DNA from: the human T2T-CHM13v2.0 reference genome, Homo sapiens
Direction: 5' to 3' (one strand)
Length of the DNA stretch: 64,000 nucleotides
Assembly: GCF_009914755.1 (NCBI RefSeq)
Contig: NC_060946.1
Of this stretch, positions 1 through 13,384 are shown one piece after another. Made by a program: the position numbers and the translations under genes. Under the pieces are notes generated by a model that saw only the letters and a list, made by a program, of their open reading frames with translations, did no database searches and was not told the origin of the DNA. Each line of letters opens with the position of its first letter. Position 1 is the first letter of the stretch.

Positions 1-523
1 CTTCCCTTTCCAGAAAGATCCCCTCCCGTCATCTAATTTTCCTGATGGAGGAGAGATTAACCAAGTCTGACACCTTTTTTAGGTCTGATAAGAGACATTT
101 GCCCTCTATTCCCTTTGAAGCCTGTTCCCTGGAGACTTCATCGACATAATAAGAACCTTGGTCTCCACAACCCCTTATCTTTACCCAGACATTCCTTTCT
201 TTCTATTGATTCCAGATCTTTACATAATAACTCCTTCAACCAACTGCCAATCAGAAAATCTCTGAGTCCACCTATGACCTGGAAGCTTCTACTTCAAGCT
301 GTCCTGCCTTTCCAGAGCTAACCAATGTACACCTTGCATGCATTGATTGATGTCTGCCTGTAACTTCTGTCCCCTAAAATACATGAAACCAACCTGTGAC
401 CCAGCCACATTGGGCACATGACCTCAGGGCCTCTTGAGACTGTGCCTCAGGCCCTGGTCACACGTACTTGGCTCAGAATAAATCCCTTCAAATATTTTAG
501 AGTTTGTCTCTTTTTCACTGACA
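1..523 (+). mobile_element. ERV1 LTR, MER4 group (3' part; 5' end outside window)
   Basis: Ends ...ggtcacacgtacttggctcagAATAAAtcccttcaaatattttagagtttgtctctttttcactgACA, matching the recalled MER4-type LTR 3' end with polyA signal and terminal CA. Confidence 0.8.
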
Positions 524-2589
524 CAGGGCACGGGATTGTCGTCTAATTACAAGTTCCTTGATCCATGTCCTAAAAATGAGCCCATGAATTTTTCCCTCCT
601 TCATTCTGAAATCCATCATCACTCAATGCAAAGAAGTGGGAAGTGTCATCCCATAGAATGTGAAGGCCTTTTCCTTCCCGTACAGGTCAGGACCAAAGCC
701 ACTACGACCAGTATGTATCTATAGACCAGCAGAAAGCTTCCCATTTCCACCTAAGTGTCTGACCAATAGCTATGAGTGGCTTTTGAAACTCTATCCTTAA
801 AATAAATAATAATAATCCCATCTAGCTGACGAGGAAGTTCTCCCAAACCCCTGCTTCCCACTCCAAGTGTCTTTAGAGGGAGCATCTCCTCCATCATAGT
901 GTCTGCTGCTCACTCACAGGTGGGTCTGGCCTTCCCAGCTGTGATGCATTTGAATCAGTGGATGGCTCAAACAGAGGGCCCTCCCTGGCGTGGGTGGGTC
1001 CCGTCCAATCTTTAGAAGAGGCCTCCCCAGAACAAAAGGGAGGAGTAAGGGAGAATTCACTCTCCCAGCCTGACTGTTCTCAGGCTGGGACTTCAGCCTT
1101 CTCCTGCCCTCGGACTGGACCTTATTCCATTGTTCTTCTGGGACTTCCTCTTGCCACTGGCCGGTCTGCTCCTCTGGAGAGCCTTGATTCCTACAGGGAA
1201 CTTGCAGCTGAAACTGCCCTCTAAAGACAAACATACATCACAGCTTCAGTGAGTCTGAGTCACTTGTACATGGTGTTTAAAACCTGTTTCCTGTCCAGAA
1301 GCGTCTGACCTCATACCCTGTGTCTCCGTCCACAGGAGAGGACACCCAGTGTCCAGGCAGACGCCCGGGGGCAGCTCTCATTCTGAGAATGACTTCCACC
1401 AGGAAGGATCGGTGAACCGGCCTCTAGGGGACACAGGGCCGTCTTGTGGGAATAGAATGTACCAGTGAGATGTAACTGCACCTTCCCATTGTAAGGGCCT
1501 GGGGAGGCCCAGCCCACAGATGTTGCCATGTCTGTGCCATTTGTCTTTGGGTAAGAGCTTCTCTCCCTGCTGGCATCTCAGAAGGGAACCCAAGGGCACC
1601 CCTTCAAGTGGCAGAAACTTCCGGGAGTAAAATGAAAGCACAGAGCACCTTCCAGCCACTGCACCCTTCACCTGTGTCAATCTCCACCTCACCCTGGACA
1701 GGAAACGTAGTTCCAGAGCGGGGGAGCGGTCTCTGAGACACACATGGATGGCCCAATGGCTCTTCCCAGGCCTGCGAGGGGCATCTTCCCATGTGAAGGT
1801 GCCTGGCCTAGCTTCCCCACTGAAGGCACAATGCATCTTCAGGAGGAAATCCACGGCCCCCTTGAAGCCAAGAGGAGCTCACCGCTCCAGGCAGCAGAAG
1901 TCAGAGACTGCAGGAGGCCTCCCCTACAGATGTCCCTCAGGGCAGAGAATTTGGAGACCAAAAGAGAATTTGTTCAATCCAGGAGAGAAACAGGTTTCTG
2001 AGTGAGTCCTTGGCACGTCTGAATCCCTGGTCTGTGACAGGGCTCCCCACATCCCAAGAAAGCTTTCCCAAATAGAACTCAGCAGAGTCTTCTCCTCAGA
2101 CCACCTACCGCCTGCAAGAGAGGCCGAGTTCTCAGCATGGTACCTGGACCCGGACCCAGACCTTCCTTCTCTGTCCCCAGCTGACCTGACCTCGTCTGCC
2201 CTGCTCCCTACACACATCCCTGCCCGATCACCCATCCTGCCAGCCCCAAGCCTTACTCTGCCTGTGGAAGCTCCTCTTGCTGACTGCAGACAGTGGTGAT
2301 AACAGCCACCACACACAGGGCCCTGTCCACACAAGGCTACTATGCATGCAACTCCTACCATTCATGGGAGACCCTATGACCAGGTAGCAATCGCCAGGAC
2401 AGCCGAGTGGCCCTGGCCCCCCAGCTCCCTCAGGGCCAGCCTTTCCTGCTGAAGGGTGTTGGAATTTGCCACTCCATAATGCACCACTTTGGCCCAGGTA
2501 TTCTTTTGAGCTGAAAGCAGTTGAGAAGAAGCAGATATAAGAAAAGCTCTCTACCCTCCTTAATTTGCAGGATATAAATGACAAAGGAT

Positions 2590-3470
2590 TTTGAAGATGA
2601 AAACTGAGGAGGACATTGCCTTACCAGAAATTAAAGGCTACAATAAAGCTCTAACTGTCAAAACAGTGTGGCATTGGCACATGGACAGGCAAAACATAAG
2701 CAAAAATCAGGGTGACAAGCAGTCAGTTCAAAGACATTCCTGAATTTACATATATATCAGGCAAACATCCAGAAATGAATTGGCAAGAGAATGGCTATTT
2801 CCTATTCTGGTTCCATATTTGACTCTCCACGTGGGAGAAAAAAAGAACAAAACTAGTATTTTATTAAAAAGCAAACTAGAGATAGACTAAAATCTGAAAG
2901 TAATAAATAATCTCACCATATTACCCCAAAACTTAAGAGAATGTTTATATACACTTCTTCAAGAAGGAAACTCAAATGCTGTCAGGGACACGTGGATCTA
3001 TTTAAAGCTGTCTTTAATGACCTGGGGAGAAGAAGCATATGTCAAAAGCCAAGCCGTAGACTGGGGAAATGTGGGAGGCAACTGGGCAGAAGACGGCCTC
3101 TGTCGCGAAGAAACATGGTGAAAAGGGAAAAGAGAGCCCATCCAGTAGTTTAAGTGAGAACAAGCTAGACAAGGTGATCCACACAGCCAGCAGCATGAGA
3201 AGACACACGGGACTCAGTATGGTCACAGAAACACAGGATAACAGATGATGAAATGCGCTTTTCTTCCATCCTCAAGCTGGCAGCTGTGTAAAGCGCATCC
3301 GCATCTGGTCCTGGCAGGATGCAAAGAAACCAACTCCTTATTGCAGGTGGAAGTAGAAATGGCTCCAAACACTTTGGAAAATCACCAGGCCATACACACT
3401 GGAATCTAAAATGCATTCCCAGTGCAAGGAACCTCTTCCTGAGACATCACAGCATCAGACCATGAGGACA
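2590..3470 (+). mobile_element. Ancient L1 (L1ME-like) ORF2/3' fragment
   Basis: gacattgccttaccagaaattaaaggctacaataaagctctaactgtcaaaacagtgtggcattggcac resembles the L1 ORF2 LPD..YYKA...KTVWYW region; A-rich and highly decayed. Confidence 0.6.
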
Positions 3471-3481
3471 TGTGTTCACCT

Positions 3482-4140
3482 GGTGATGAAGGCATTGATG
3501 GTGGTGGTGATGGTGATGATGGCAAAGATGGCAATGGCTATGGTGGTTGATGGTAGTGATGATAGTGATGATGATGATGGTGATGATGGTGATGGTGATG
3601 ATGGTGGTGATGGGATGATGACGGTGATGGTGGTAATGATGGTGACGATGATGGTGATGGTGATGGTGATGATGGTGGTGATGATGATGGTGATGGCAGT
3701 GATGATGATGATGATGGTGATGATGGTGGTGATATGGTGATGGTGATGATGGTGATGGTGATGGTGATGATGATGATGGTGATGGTGATTATGGTGATGA
3801 TGATGATGATGATGATGGTGATGGTAGTGATGATGATGATGATGGTAGCAATGATGATGATGATGGTGATGGTGATTATGGTGTTAATGACGTGGTGGTG
3901 ATGATAATGATTATGATGATGATGGTGATAGTGATGGTAGTGATGACGATGATGGTGATGGTGATGATGCTGATGGTGGTGATGGTGATGATGCTGATGA
4001 TGATGGTGACGATGATGATGACGATGATGATGATATGGTGATGATGGTGATGGTGATAGTGATGGTGAAGATGATAGTGATGGTGATGATGGTGATAATG
4101 ATGGTGGTGAGGTGATCCTGATGATGTTGGTGATAGTGAC
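3482..4140 (+). repeat. (GAT/GGT)n degenerate trinucleotide tract
   Basis: About 650 bp of gat/ggt triplets; source of the poly-Met/Val and poly-His ORFs. Confidence 0.97.
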
Positions 4141-5221
4141 AGAGCAACTGCACATACTTGAAGGATGCTCAGGAGTCACATGAGGTGGACTTGGACCAGG
4201 GAGGCCTGCCCACCACAAAGAGAAGGCAGCTCATAGGCAGGCAGAACCTTGCTGGGATTCTCGTGACTGCAGTAGAGTACATCCTGCTCTCTTACTCTCA
4301 ATGATCTTCCACCCATACACACATACTAGTGCTATGAGAGTGGCAAGGAGATGCAAACCCAACTGCTTGTCCTCTACATGCAAACATCAGATGCTTGTAA
4401 TCCAAACTCAAATTTATTTGTTCCTGCAACATCATGTTGCCACCTTTGATATCAACTCTAACTACTGATGCAGTAGCTTCAGACCTCATCTCTCTAGCTT
4501 GACCTCATTTGTCCCTGCCTGCCCCCAAGGACAGAGAGTGTTTTCTTTCTGCATAGCAATAAGAGTGGCATTTTGGAGCACACACGAGGTACTGACTCTG
4601 TGCAAGCGCTCTCCCCACTGGCATAATCCCCCCCAGCATCTTGGTGACAGATGTTGTTATTAATTGGAAGTCAGCACAGCTGGGAAGGGAGAAGACTCAC
4701 TGGAGGCCAGATCTACCTGACTCCCAGCTACTCTCAGGATTCATTCAGCATTCTTCACCTTGTATCTTACACAGGCAGAAACCAGCAATATATACATACA
4801 AAAAAAAAAAGGTGCTGTCATTTGGAGGCTCATAGCTGTTGTGACTGCACTATTTTGAACTCCTTGGATGTCAACTTATACCTCACCCAGCAGGACAAAC
4901 TCGCTGACCCTGGAGAACCCCAGTGCTGTAAGTTAACCAAATTCCTCCAGGAAGCAGGAAAATATCACTCAGAACCCAAGATGCAGAGACAATGAAATAA
5001 AACTAGTTTTTTAAAATGTTGTGTGTCTCCCAACATTTTTTTTCTTAAACTTACTGCCCATTATTTCTTATGCACTAGGGAGCATTAACAGATGATTAAG
5101 CAAATGGAAAATTAGTAAAGAAATATTAATGGCAAGAAAAATGGGGAAAAGCTGTGCTCTACTCACATATGTTCAGTTTTAAAACACTCCTTAACTAGAT
5201 CAGAGCAACAGAACAACTTTT

Positions 5222-5850
5222 TTGATAATAGTAATGGTGATGAGTGTGGTGATGACGGTAGTAATGGTGTTAGTGATGGTGGTGGTGATGATGGTGATGG
5301 TGGTAATAATGGTGATAGTGGTGATGGTGGTGATAATGGTGATGGTGATGGTAGTGGTTATGATGGGGATGATGGTGATAATGGTGATGGTGGTGTTGGT
5401 GATAATGGTAATGGTGGTGATGGTGATGGTGGTGATGATGATGGGGATGATGGTGATGGTGGTGATGGTAGTGGGGATGATGGTGATGGTGGTGATGGTA
5501 GTGGGGATGATGGTGATGGTGGTGATGGTGGTGGTGATGATGGGGATGATGGTGATGATGGTGGTGATGGTGATGATGATGGTGGTGATGATGGTGGTGA
5601 TGGTGATGATAGTAATTTGATGGCAGTGTTGATAGCAGTGGTGATTGTGGTGATGATGGTGGTGTTGGTGATGGTGATGATGATGGCAATGGTGATCATG
5701 GTGATGATGATGGCAGTGATGGTGGTGATGGTGATGATGGTGATTATGATGATGATAGTGATGGTGATGGTGGTGAAGATGATAATGGCTATGGTGATGA
5801 TGATGATGATGATAATGATGGTGATGACAATGGTGGTTATAATCACAATA
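5222..5850 (+). repeat. (GAT/GGT)n degenerate trinucleotide tract
   Basis: Second ~630-bp tract, same motif and strand as 3482-4140. Confidence 0.97.
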
Positions 5851-6422
5851 ATGCTGAAAACGCTGCACACAACACTTACAAGGCATTGTGCAAATATCTG
5901 ACATCATTTGCTATTTTCCCTTTCCCCATCCCCCCCATCCTCCAACCCCACCCTCTATACTCCCTTTATCCTCTCATCTTTCATCCTCCATGCCCCTTCC
6001 CCCATCCCCAATTCCCTCATTCCTTCTGTCCTCCATTTATTCATTCATTCATCCGTTTAGTCATTCATTTGCCACCTACTAGGTACCAGGATCACTGGGT
6101 TTTACTGTAGGCTGAAAGCTTTGTGAGTTACTAGAATATTGGGAAGTTCCTTTTGCCCATCTTCCTGCCTCTAGGTAGAGTTAGTGCATCTTTACCCTCA
6201 GGGAAAAGATTAACGCAGACATTGCTGGATTCCATCTCTGGAGCACAAGGAAGAACCAGCTCAGCCTCCTGACTAGTTCTCTGATCCTGGAGAACCCCAG
6301 TGCTTTAAGTTAAGTGTGTGTGGATGGAAGATCGTTGAGAAGAAGACAGCAGGATATACTCTATCCCAGCCTGGCAGAGACACACTGCCCACCTGGCGAG
6401 TGGGTTTCTTTTGGGGCACATT

Positions 6423-6527
6423 GGGGTTGCTCAGTGCAGCGTGGGGGGACAGGGACAGCTGGGGCACTGGGTGCCTAAGGGTTGCTCAGTGCAGTGTGGG
6501 GAGACAGGGACAGCTGGGTCACTGGGC
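6423..6527. repeat. 2-copy tandem duplication, ~55-bp unit
   Basis: gttgctcagtgcag(c/t)gtgggg..gacagggacagctggg.cactggg at 6426 and 6481. Confidence 0.85.
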
Positions 6528-7239
6528 GAAAGGTGGGAACCCTCGGCGCTGCATCTTTCACTTGCTCTAGAAAACACCCAGCCATGGCCCCGCAGGCTCC
6601 CCATGTCACTGGGTCCCACATGGAATGCAGATTCGAGGCCCAGGAAGCACTCTGTCTGCCCCCGCACAAATCTTCCTGGCATCTGCTGCCCCCAGCTCCA
6701 CAGGGGGCCTCAAAATCAGCCAGCGTGGGAGGTGATGGCACCTGTAGGGGAGCATTGCAGCCCAGGCCCCTCTAGCACTTTAGTGCACTTGTTCCAAAGA
6801 CACACACAGACACACACGCCGGAGGAGTGATTTCTGGAATATGGCGCAGTAATTAGCCCCACTCAGGTCCTAGGGTAAGAGCTGCACCCCTAAGGGGCAC
6901 CTGGCAGGTCCATGAGGCCAAAGGGCACCACCCTCTGGTACCCCACTCTGCAATGTCACTGAGCAGGCAGGGGGTGCAGCGGCAGGGCAGGGTGAGCTGA
7001 GGCCCCAGAGGGAGACCCCAGGCCAGCTTCAAGCTCTCCACAGAGGGTCCCTCACCTCCTACCAGCTGTGCGATCCAGGATAGTCGCCTTAAATCCTGAG
7101 TCCCGACCTTGGAACAGCATGAGTAATGACGACGGCCCCTCCACGGCCGATCTGGCGCAGTGCTGAGCTGTGAGTGGGGCCCTTGTTAGTGGCAACTGTG
7201 GACAGGTGTCTGGCAAGCGCACTGAGCCAGGAGAGAAAG

Positions 7240-7895
7240 GGTCACCGGGAGCTCCCAGGACGGGGCTGGCTGCAGGGGGACCGACTGTGAGACAGAAGGA
7301 CCAGAGTGCTCAGCCCCACCCTGACTTCCAGGGAGTGGTGAAAGCTGGAGATGGAGTGAACTGCCAACGGCCAAGGATGAAATCAGCCACACCCATGTGA
7401 TGAAATCTCCGTAACAACCCGAAACTAGGCTCTGAGAGCTTCCGGCTGGAGCGCTGGGAGGGCAGCCACCCCAACTGCATGGAGAAGGAGGAACCTGCTC
7501 TTGGGATCCCTCCAGACCTCACCCCTGTACCTGTTCATCTGCCCATTCATCTGCACCCGTCCCCTATCACAAACCCTCGACTGTAAGCAAAGCATGTCCC
7601 TGAGCTCTGTGAGCTGCTTCAGCAAACTATCAAACCCAGGAGAGGTGTGGGAACCCCGACTGTTCAAGTCAGACAGAAGTGTGGATGTCCTGGGAGCCAC
7701 TGCTTGAAATGGGCGTCTAAAGTGGGAGCACTCTTATGGGACTGAGCCCTTAACCTGCGGGGTCTGTGCTAGTTCCAGTAAGGTGGTGTGAGAATTGAAC
7801 TGAGTTACAGGATGCCCAGCTGGTGTCTGGAGAGCAGGAGGACTGCTCGGTGTGGAGGACCCCCCATGCGTGGTGCCAGAGGCCCTGTGAGTGAA
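7240..7895 (+). mobile_element. MER21-type LTR
   Basis: ctgagctctgtgagctgcttcagcaaactatcaaacc...gggactgagcccttaacctgcggggtctg...gaattgaactgag..cccagctggtgtc matches the recalled MER21 consensus; ends approximate. Confidence 0.75.
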
Positions 7896-7910
7896 GAAAG
7901 GGCCCTCCCC

Positions 7911-8012
7911 TTACACACGTGCCTGGGAGGGCCGGCAGGAGGCCTGCTTCACAGACGGATGTTACACGCGTGCCTGGGAGGGCCGGCAGGAGGCCTCCTT
8001 CAGAGACGGATG
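7911..8012. repeat. 2-copy tandem duplication, 51-bp unit
   Basis: ttacac(a/g)cgtgcctgggagggccggcaggaggcct.cttca.agacggatg at 7911 and 7962. Confidence 0.9.
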
Positions 8013-8419
8013 GGAATCCAGGCCTGTGGCTCCAAATACGTCCACTCACCCCCGCCCAGTGGCACTCGGACCCCAGGCAAGGCCTCCAGGTCCACTTGCT
8101 GAGACACACTCCCCCTAGGCAGAAAAATTACGCAAAGCCACCGGAGCCCTTACCACTCCCAGCCCCCGGGCAGCATGTCAGGGCATAGGCTCAGCCCCTT
8201 CCCCATGGGGTGCAAGGGAAACCTGAGGCTGAACCCCATCAGGGCTACAGAGGCCCCTGACGTTCCTTTGTGTGTGGTTCACTCCTCCACCTGCCCTCCC
8301 TCCACCACGCGCTCGCCCAAGATGTTAGATGGAGACGGAGGTGCGAGGCTGGCCTCCCGGAACCCACGCACCAATGCAGGAATGCCCAGAGGGAGACTCA
8401 GCCCCATCTGGCTCCCAAA

Positions 8420-8465
8420 GTGGGTGACAGAGCGAGACCCTGTCTCAAAAAACAGAAAAAAAAAG
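8420..8465 (+). mobile_element. Severely 5'-truncated Alu 3' end with A-tail
   Basis: tgggtgacagagcgagaccctgtctcaaaaaacagaaaaaaaaa. Confidence 0.75.
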
Positions 8466-10400
8466 TCAAAAGAACTATATGTGAGTATCATGGCTAAATA
8501 TTAAATACACGAAGCCATGTCCAAGGACTGAAATGAAGGCCACCTTCAACCTCCTTTATCAGCACAGATTCTGAGAGGAGCGGTGGGGATTCCGAGGCTC
8601 CGAGGGAAGGACACGAGGCCCCAGCCAGGCTGTTGTGTTGGGGTGAAGAGCGGGCGGCCTCACACAGGCCCTGGGGCCGCAGCGTCCACAGCCCCGCTGC
8701 GAAGGCGGGGAAAGGACCCTCAGCAGGGAACGCAGCCCAGCAGCGGGGCCCTCGGGATGAAGAGCTCGGCAAGGAGCCTGGGAGCAAGGAACACATGACT
8801 CACAAACCTCTGGAAAATGCCCGGGAATGGAAGGAACCGAGTTCCAGTAGACAGGAGGCAGGAGGAGGGAAGAACCGGCCGGAAGGTCTTTATCTTTCTA
8901 GGTTTCCATTCGACAGACGCCCCACCAGTGACGCCTGACCACATCAACGCTGTGCAACAAAGATCCCCAACTCCATGCTGAGAGGGACCCCACCGCCACG
9001 ACGTGTCACCGGGGCCTGTGCATCGCAGGGCCCAGCTCCTCATGGGAGCTCCTTGAGGAGTCTGTGGGCCGTGGGGGCTCTGGGAGCTGCCTGGGTAACG
9101 ATACAGGAGTGAGTCTGGGTAGCCCCGGGCTCCTGGAAGACACTGCCTTAACCCACCTGCCTCCACAGCTTCCTGTGAGCTGGGCAGAGACTGCAGCACT
9201 TACTACTGAAGCCACTTCCTGTTCAGCAACCTGCAGAGTGAGTGCTCCTGTCCCCACAGACCGGGAGGCTGAGGCAGGAGAGGCTGAGGAGCAAGGCCAA
9301 GGCCAGGGGGCTCAGGGGTCTGGGGGCAGCAGAGCCGGGTCTGTGCCCAGACACAGACTTGCAGGCTGCCCTGCCAGTGCCAAGCTCAGCTGCCCAGAAC
9401 AGCTTCCAGGTGCAGGCCCCAGACCCCAGGAACGGCCCCCAGGGCCCGAGCTCTGCAGGCAGGGCCCTGCTGCACAAGCGTCACTCACAGCCGGGACGGC
9501 GTTTGGAATTATGAATTTTAAAACCCTCTAAAACTCACATTTTAATGCAGCCTCCATTTAGAGAGTAAGAAGGTTTCTTGACAATATTCCCTATGGGAAA
9601 TTAATTTGGCCTTGGGACTCTATCATTTCCAGATGCATCTAAGATCCTACTCCTCCAATTTTTCCAACAGAAATGGGCCTCTTGGGCCCTGTACAAACCC
9701 AAGCACTGTGTTCATCAATGCCAGCTCACCGGCATGAGAAATGCACCCGTGGCCCACAGAGAAGACACAACAACATCCACAGTGGCCGCTGGGAGGACTC
9801 TGGAGGCCAGCGTGGGGACGGCCGAGCCGTCGTTCTCCTCGTCTGCACCTCCTCTTCCAGCCTGGATCTCTGAAGCAAGCCTGGTGTGGGTCTCCTCGCC
9901 CTCCCCCGGCCCCCCGCAGCCCTGACAGGCCCCACTTTGGGCCCATGACTGCCTTGTAGATCTTCTACCCTGAACAGCTGTTGGTGGATCTTCCCTGCTG
10001 CCTGGAATTCCCGGAGGGCAGGGGCAGTGGGGGAAAGCACATGGGCTTCCAAGGCTGTCCCAGGTGGCTCAGGTGAGACGCCCAGGTGTGTAGCCCCTCC
10101 CTGCCTGGGAAGCCCCACCCAGCGAGGCGGAGCCGCAGAGCCACTCACCTGTGCTCCTCCTGGCACTGCCCTCGTCTGCCCTTTGTTTCTGATGCGTGAA
10201 ATTCCACCAGCTATGGGGATTCATGAACAGGCATGGCCACGGGAGCCTCCTCCCCACGCTCTAGAGCTGTGCTTGGTGCTCCCATCCACAGAGCGTGATG
10301 CCCTAAGCCGCCCTGGCGTTTATTCTTTCTTAAAACCAAATACCAGGAGCTGCAGATCTGATGTCCCTTTCCCTCGACTGAGTCAAGGGGCCAGCTTCCG

Positions 10401-10885
10401 GGCAGGCAGACACCAGCACCGCTGTAGCGAGGCCCTGGATGCCACCAAGATACTGGCAGGCGGACACCAGCACCACGCAGTGAGGCCCAGGATGCCACCA
10501 AGATACTGGGAGGCGGACACCAGCACTGCTGCAGTGACGCCCCGGATACAACCAAGATACTGGGAGGCAGATACCAGCACTGCTGCAGTAAGGCCCCGGA
10601 TACAACCAAGATACCGGCAGGCGGACACCAGCACCGCTGCAGTGAGGTTCAGGATGCCACCAAGATACTGGGAGGCGGACACCAGCACCTCTGCAGCGAG
10701 GCCCAGGATGCCACCAAGATACTGGCAGGCGGACACCAGCAAAGCGCAGCGAGACCCAAGATGCCACCAAGATACTGACAAGCAGACACCAGCACCGCTG
10801 CAGCGAGGCCCAGGATGCCACCAAGATACTGGCAGGTGGACACCAGCACCTCTGCAGCAAGGCCCAGGATGCCACCAAGATACTG
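10401..10885. repeat. Minisatellite, ~54-bp unit, ~9 copies
   Basis: Unit gccaccaagatactgg(g/c)aggcggacaccagcac(c/t)gctgcag(t/c)gaggcccaggat. Confidence 0.95.
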
Positions 10886-11780
10886 ACTGCTCCCAGGTCA
10901 CCTATGTTTCAGAATACATTTCCTGGTTGAGTTAATAAATGATGCAATGGCACAGAACCTGCTTGATCAAAGAAGCCATAGACAGATTTCTTTGCTGTGA
11001 GGCAGCTGTGAAACCTCAGAAATTAAACGCAAAATTTGTGTATAAACTTAAATGTGCTTTTCTAGGAAGGGGAGTTCTAATTATATGTGATTCTTGGTTT
11101 ATTGTCGTCCATTTTCACCCGGCCGTGCAATGTGCACTTTGCCACCTGATTTGTGCTGTAAACGTTCTCTCCATGTGTGAAATGTGCACTTGGCGGGGAG
11201 GAGGCTGAGGACCCTGCCCCAGACCTTCCTGGGCGACCTGAAGGACAAAGCACCACATCTGCTGCAGAGAGTTTGCCTGGAGAGTCTCCACAGGAAATAC
11301 CCCAGGCCCTGGCGAGGCCACTCTGGTGCGGGCTTCAGAATGGTCTGCGGGTGGTGATCACTTTTGATGTCATCTGCATTTGGAGAGAGGCCGTGCAGAG
11401 AGCCAGGCAGGCCTCACCCAGGTCTTCAGCAGCTGTTTCAGTGGCATGGCTGGCTCAGCCACCAGAGGCGCAGCTATTACTTTTCTCACCCTGTTGCTGC
11501 CACTACAAATGTTCCAGAATCCGTGGTGTTGGGGGCCAGGAACCTCCAGCCCCCACGTCCCAGAGGCTGCCTCTCCACTCTCATTTTGCTTTGTTATCTC
11601 AGGCCTTGGGAGGAGGAGAGCATGGCAGAAAGGCAGTGCTGGGGTCCCCCAACGTGTGAGTAAGCTGTTCCTACTAAAGACACTGAAGTCTCACTGCCTC
11701 TTCCCATGATCCAGCCCACATGATAACACAGGCGTAGGCACACAGATGAGGTATGAACATGTGAAAGGGAGTAAAGAAGG

Positions 11781-11937
11781 AACAGTACGGTGGCTCATGC
11801 CTGTGGTCCCAGGGCTTTGGGAAGCTAAGGTGGGAGGATCGCTTGAGGCCAGTTCAAGGCTGCAGTGAGATATGATGGTGCCACTCCATGCCTGCTTAGG
11901 CAACAGGGCAAGACCCTGTCTCAGGAGAAAAAAAAAG
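11781..11937 (+). mobile_element. Free Alu monomer (FRAM/FAM-like)
   Basis: Single 7SL-derived arm: ggtggctcatgcctgtggtcccag...gggaggatcgcttgaggcc..ggctgcagtgag.tatgat...agaccctgtctc plus A-tail. Confidence 0.85.
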
Positions 11938-12089
11938 GAGTTAAGAAATACTGTTATTCATAATTCATGCCATTGTCACCTAAGAGAATCAGCTGCAGTC
12001 CTGTTAGAACAGAGCCAGTGCTCCTCAAACGCTGATGACATCAGAATTCATCCCCACCTGCAGACCATTTACACCCACTGACAGAACAC

Positions 12090-13340
12090 AGTCACTCGTT
12101 AGAAAAAGGCATAAAAAAGCCCCACTCATGATTTCAACAAAATATCAAATACCAAGGAGTAAACTTCAGGGTAAATATTCAAGACCTACAATGTCAGAAA
12201 AGGCACAATTTCATCAAAGGACATAGCAACCCATGAGTTATCCTGTGGATTGATGGAGCGACCTACCCAGTTCCTACCCAAAAAGACTTAATATTATGAT
12301 TCTTTGCTGGTTTATCTATAAATTACATGCAATTTCTATGATATTGGCAGTGGAAGTTTGAGGGGACTCTCACAAAATGATTGCCATTTTCACTGGTGAG
12401 AATAAAAAAGAAAAAAGTTAAAAAATAAGATTAGTGAGTAAGGACAATTTTACTACAACATTTACAAATTATAAAACTAGGATAATTTTGAAATGTTGGT
12501 TCTAGGAAGGAATAAAAAGAACGAAAAGTCTGGTGTCGGGGGACATATGTCAAACCATTCATTGTGTGAAAATGTGGGGATTCTCATCAGGGGAGAAAGA
12601 ACAGCCCCCACCCTGCCAGGTCCTCCCTGCTTAAAAACTGAGGCAAGAAAACATGCATTTAGATGCTCACCTCACACCTGCACCAAAATAAAATCCTAAT
12701 GGATGGGCAAATGTTAAAGATGAAAAAGTTAAATGAAAAGAAACACTTGGCCTCATATCCTGCTGAGAGTGATGCTCCCCTTTCAGGTAGAGACAGATAC
12801 AATGAAGCAAAGAAGATGATGGAAATTTTGAAAAAATGCCACTCATTTCTCCAAAACAAAATGAAAAGGCAAAAGAAAAACCTGGAGGAAATATTTACAA
12901 CCTATTTGACAGCAAAATTCTCAATACTCTTCATCAACAGAAATGGGCAAATTGCATGAACAGGCAGTTAACAAAAAAGAACGATGAGGGCCCAATATCG
13001 ATAGGAAAAAAAAGCATCACTGATTATCGGAGGAATAGCAATTAAAACCATTAGGCTTTATGACACTTACAGTATAAACTGAAGGATAATTTAAAACCAC
13101 AGTTGTCCAGAACATGGCAAATCAGCACCATCATGTGGTAAGAAAACAAATAGATTCAAGATCATGTGGTGCAAATTTGACTGGGTATATTCAAACCTTA
13201 AAAAGTGTTGGTATATTTAGCATGTCACTTGATTTCTGAAAACTTGTTTTAAGCAAATAATGAAATGCAAAGATTGCCATATAAAGATGTGTGTATCAAC
13301 ATCATGAAAAAAGTGAAAAAAACTGAAACCACAAAGGAGT
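12090..13340 (+). mobile_element. Ancient L1 (L1ME-like) ORF2 fragments
   Basis: A-rich; includes aaaatgaaaaggcaa...ctggaggaaatatttacaac...aaatgggcaaa..catgaacaggcagttaaca, typical of the L1 ORF2 3' region. Confidence 0.6.
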
Positions 13341-13384
13341 AAGAATTCAGCCAGTGAATACAATTGGGTTTGTATCTGTTATCA

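Noticed and set aside
3411-5907. Poly-His/Met/Val/Thr ORFs (e.g. 3538..4218, 5200..5907)
   Set aside because: Translations of (GAT/GGT)n tracts, open in several frames on both strands.
10027-10935. 302-aa ORF with 18-aa repeats
   Set aside because: Produced by a 54-bp stop-free VNTR; frame slips occur within the array and antisense frames are also open.
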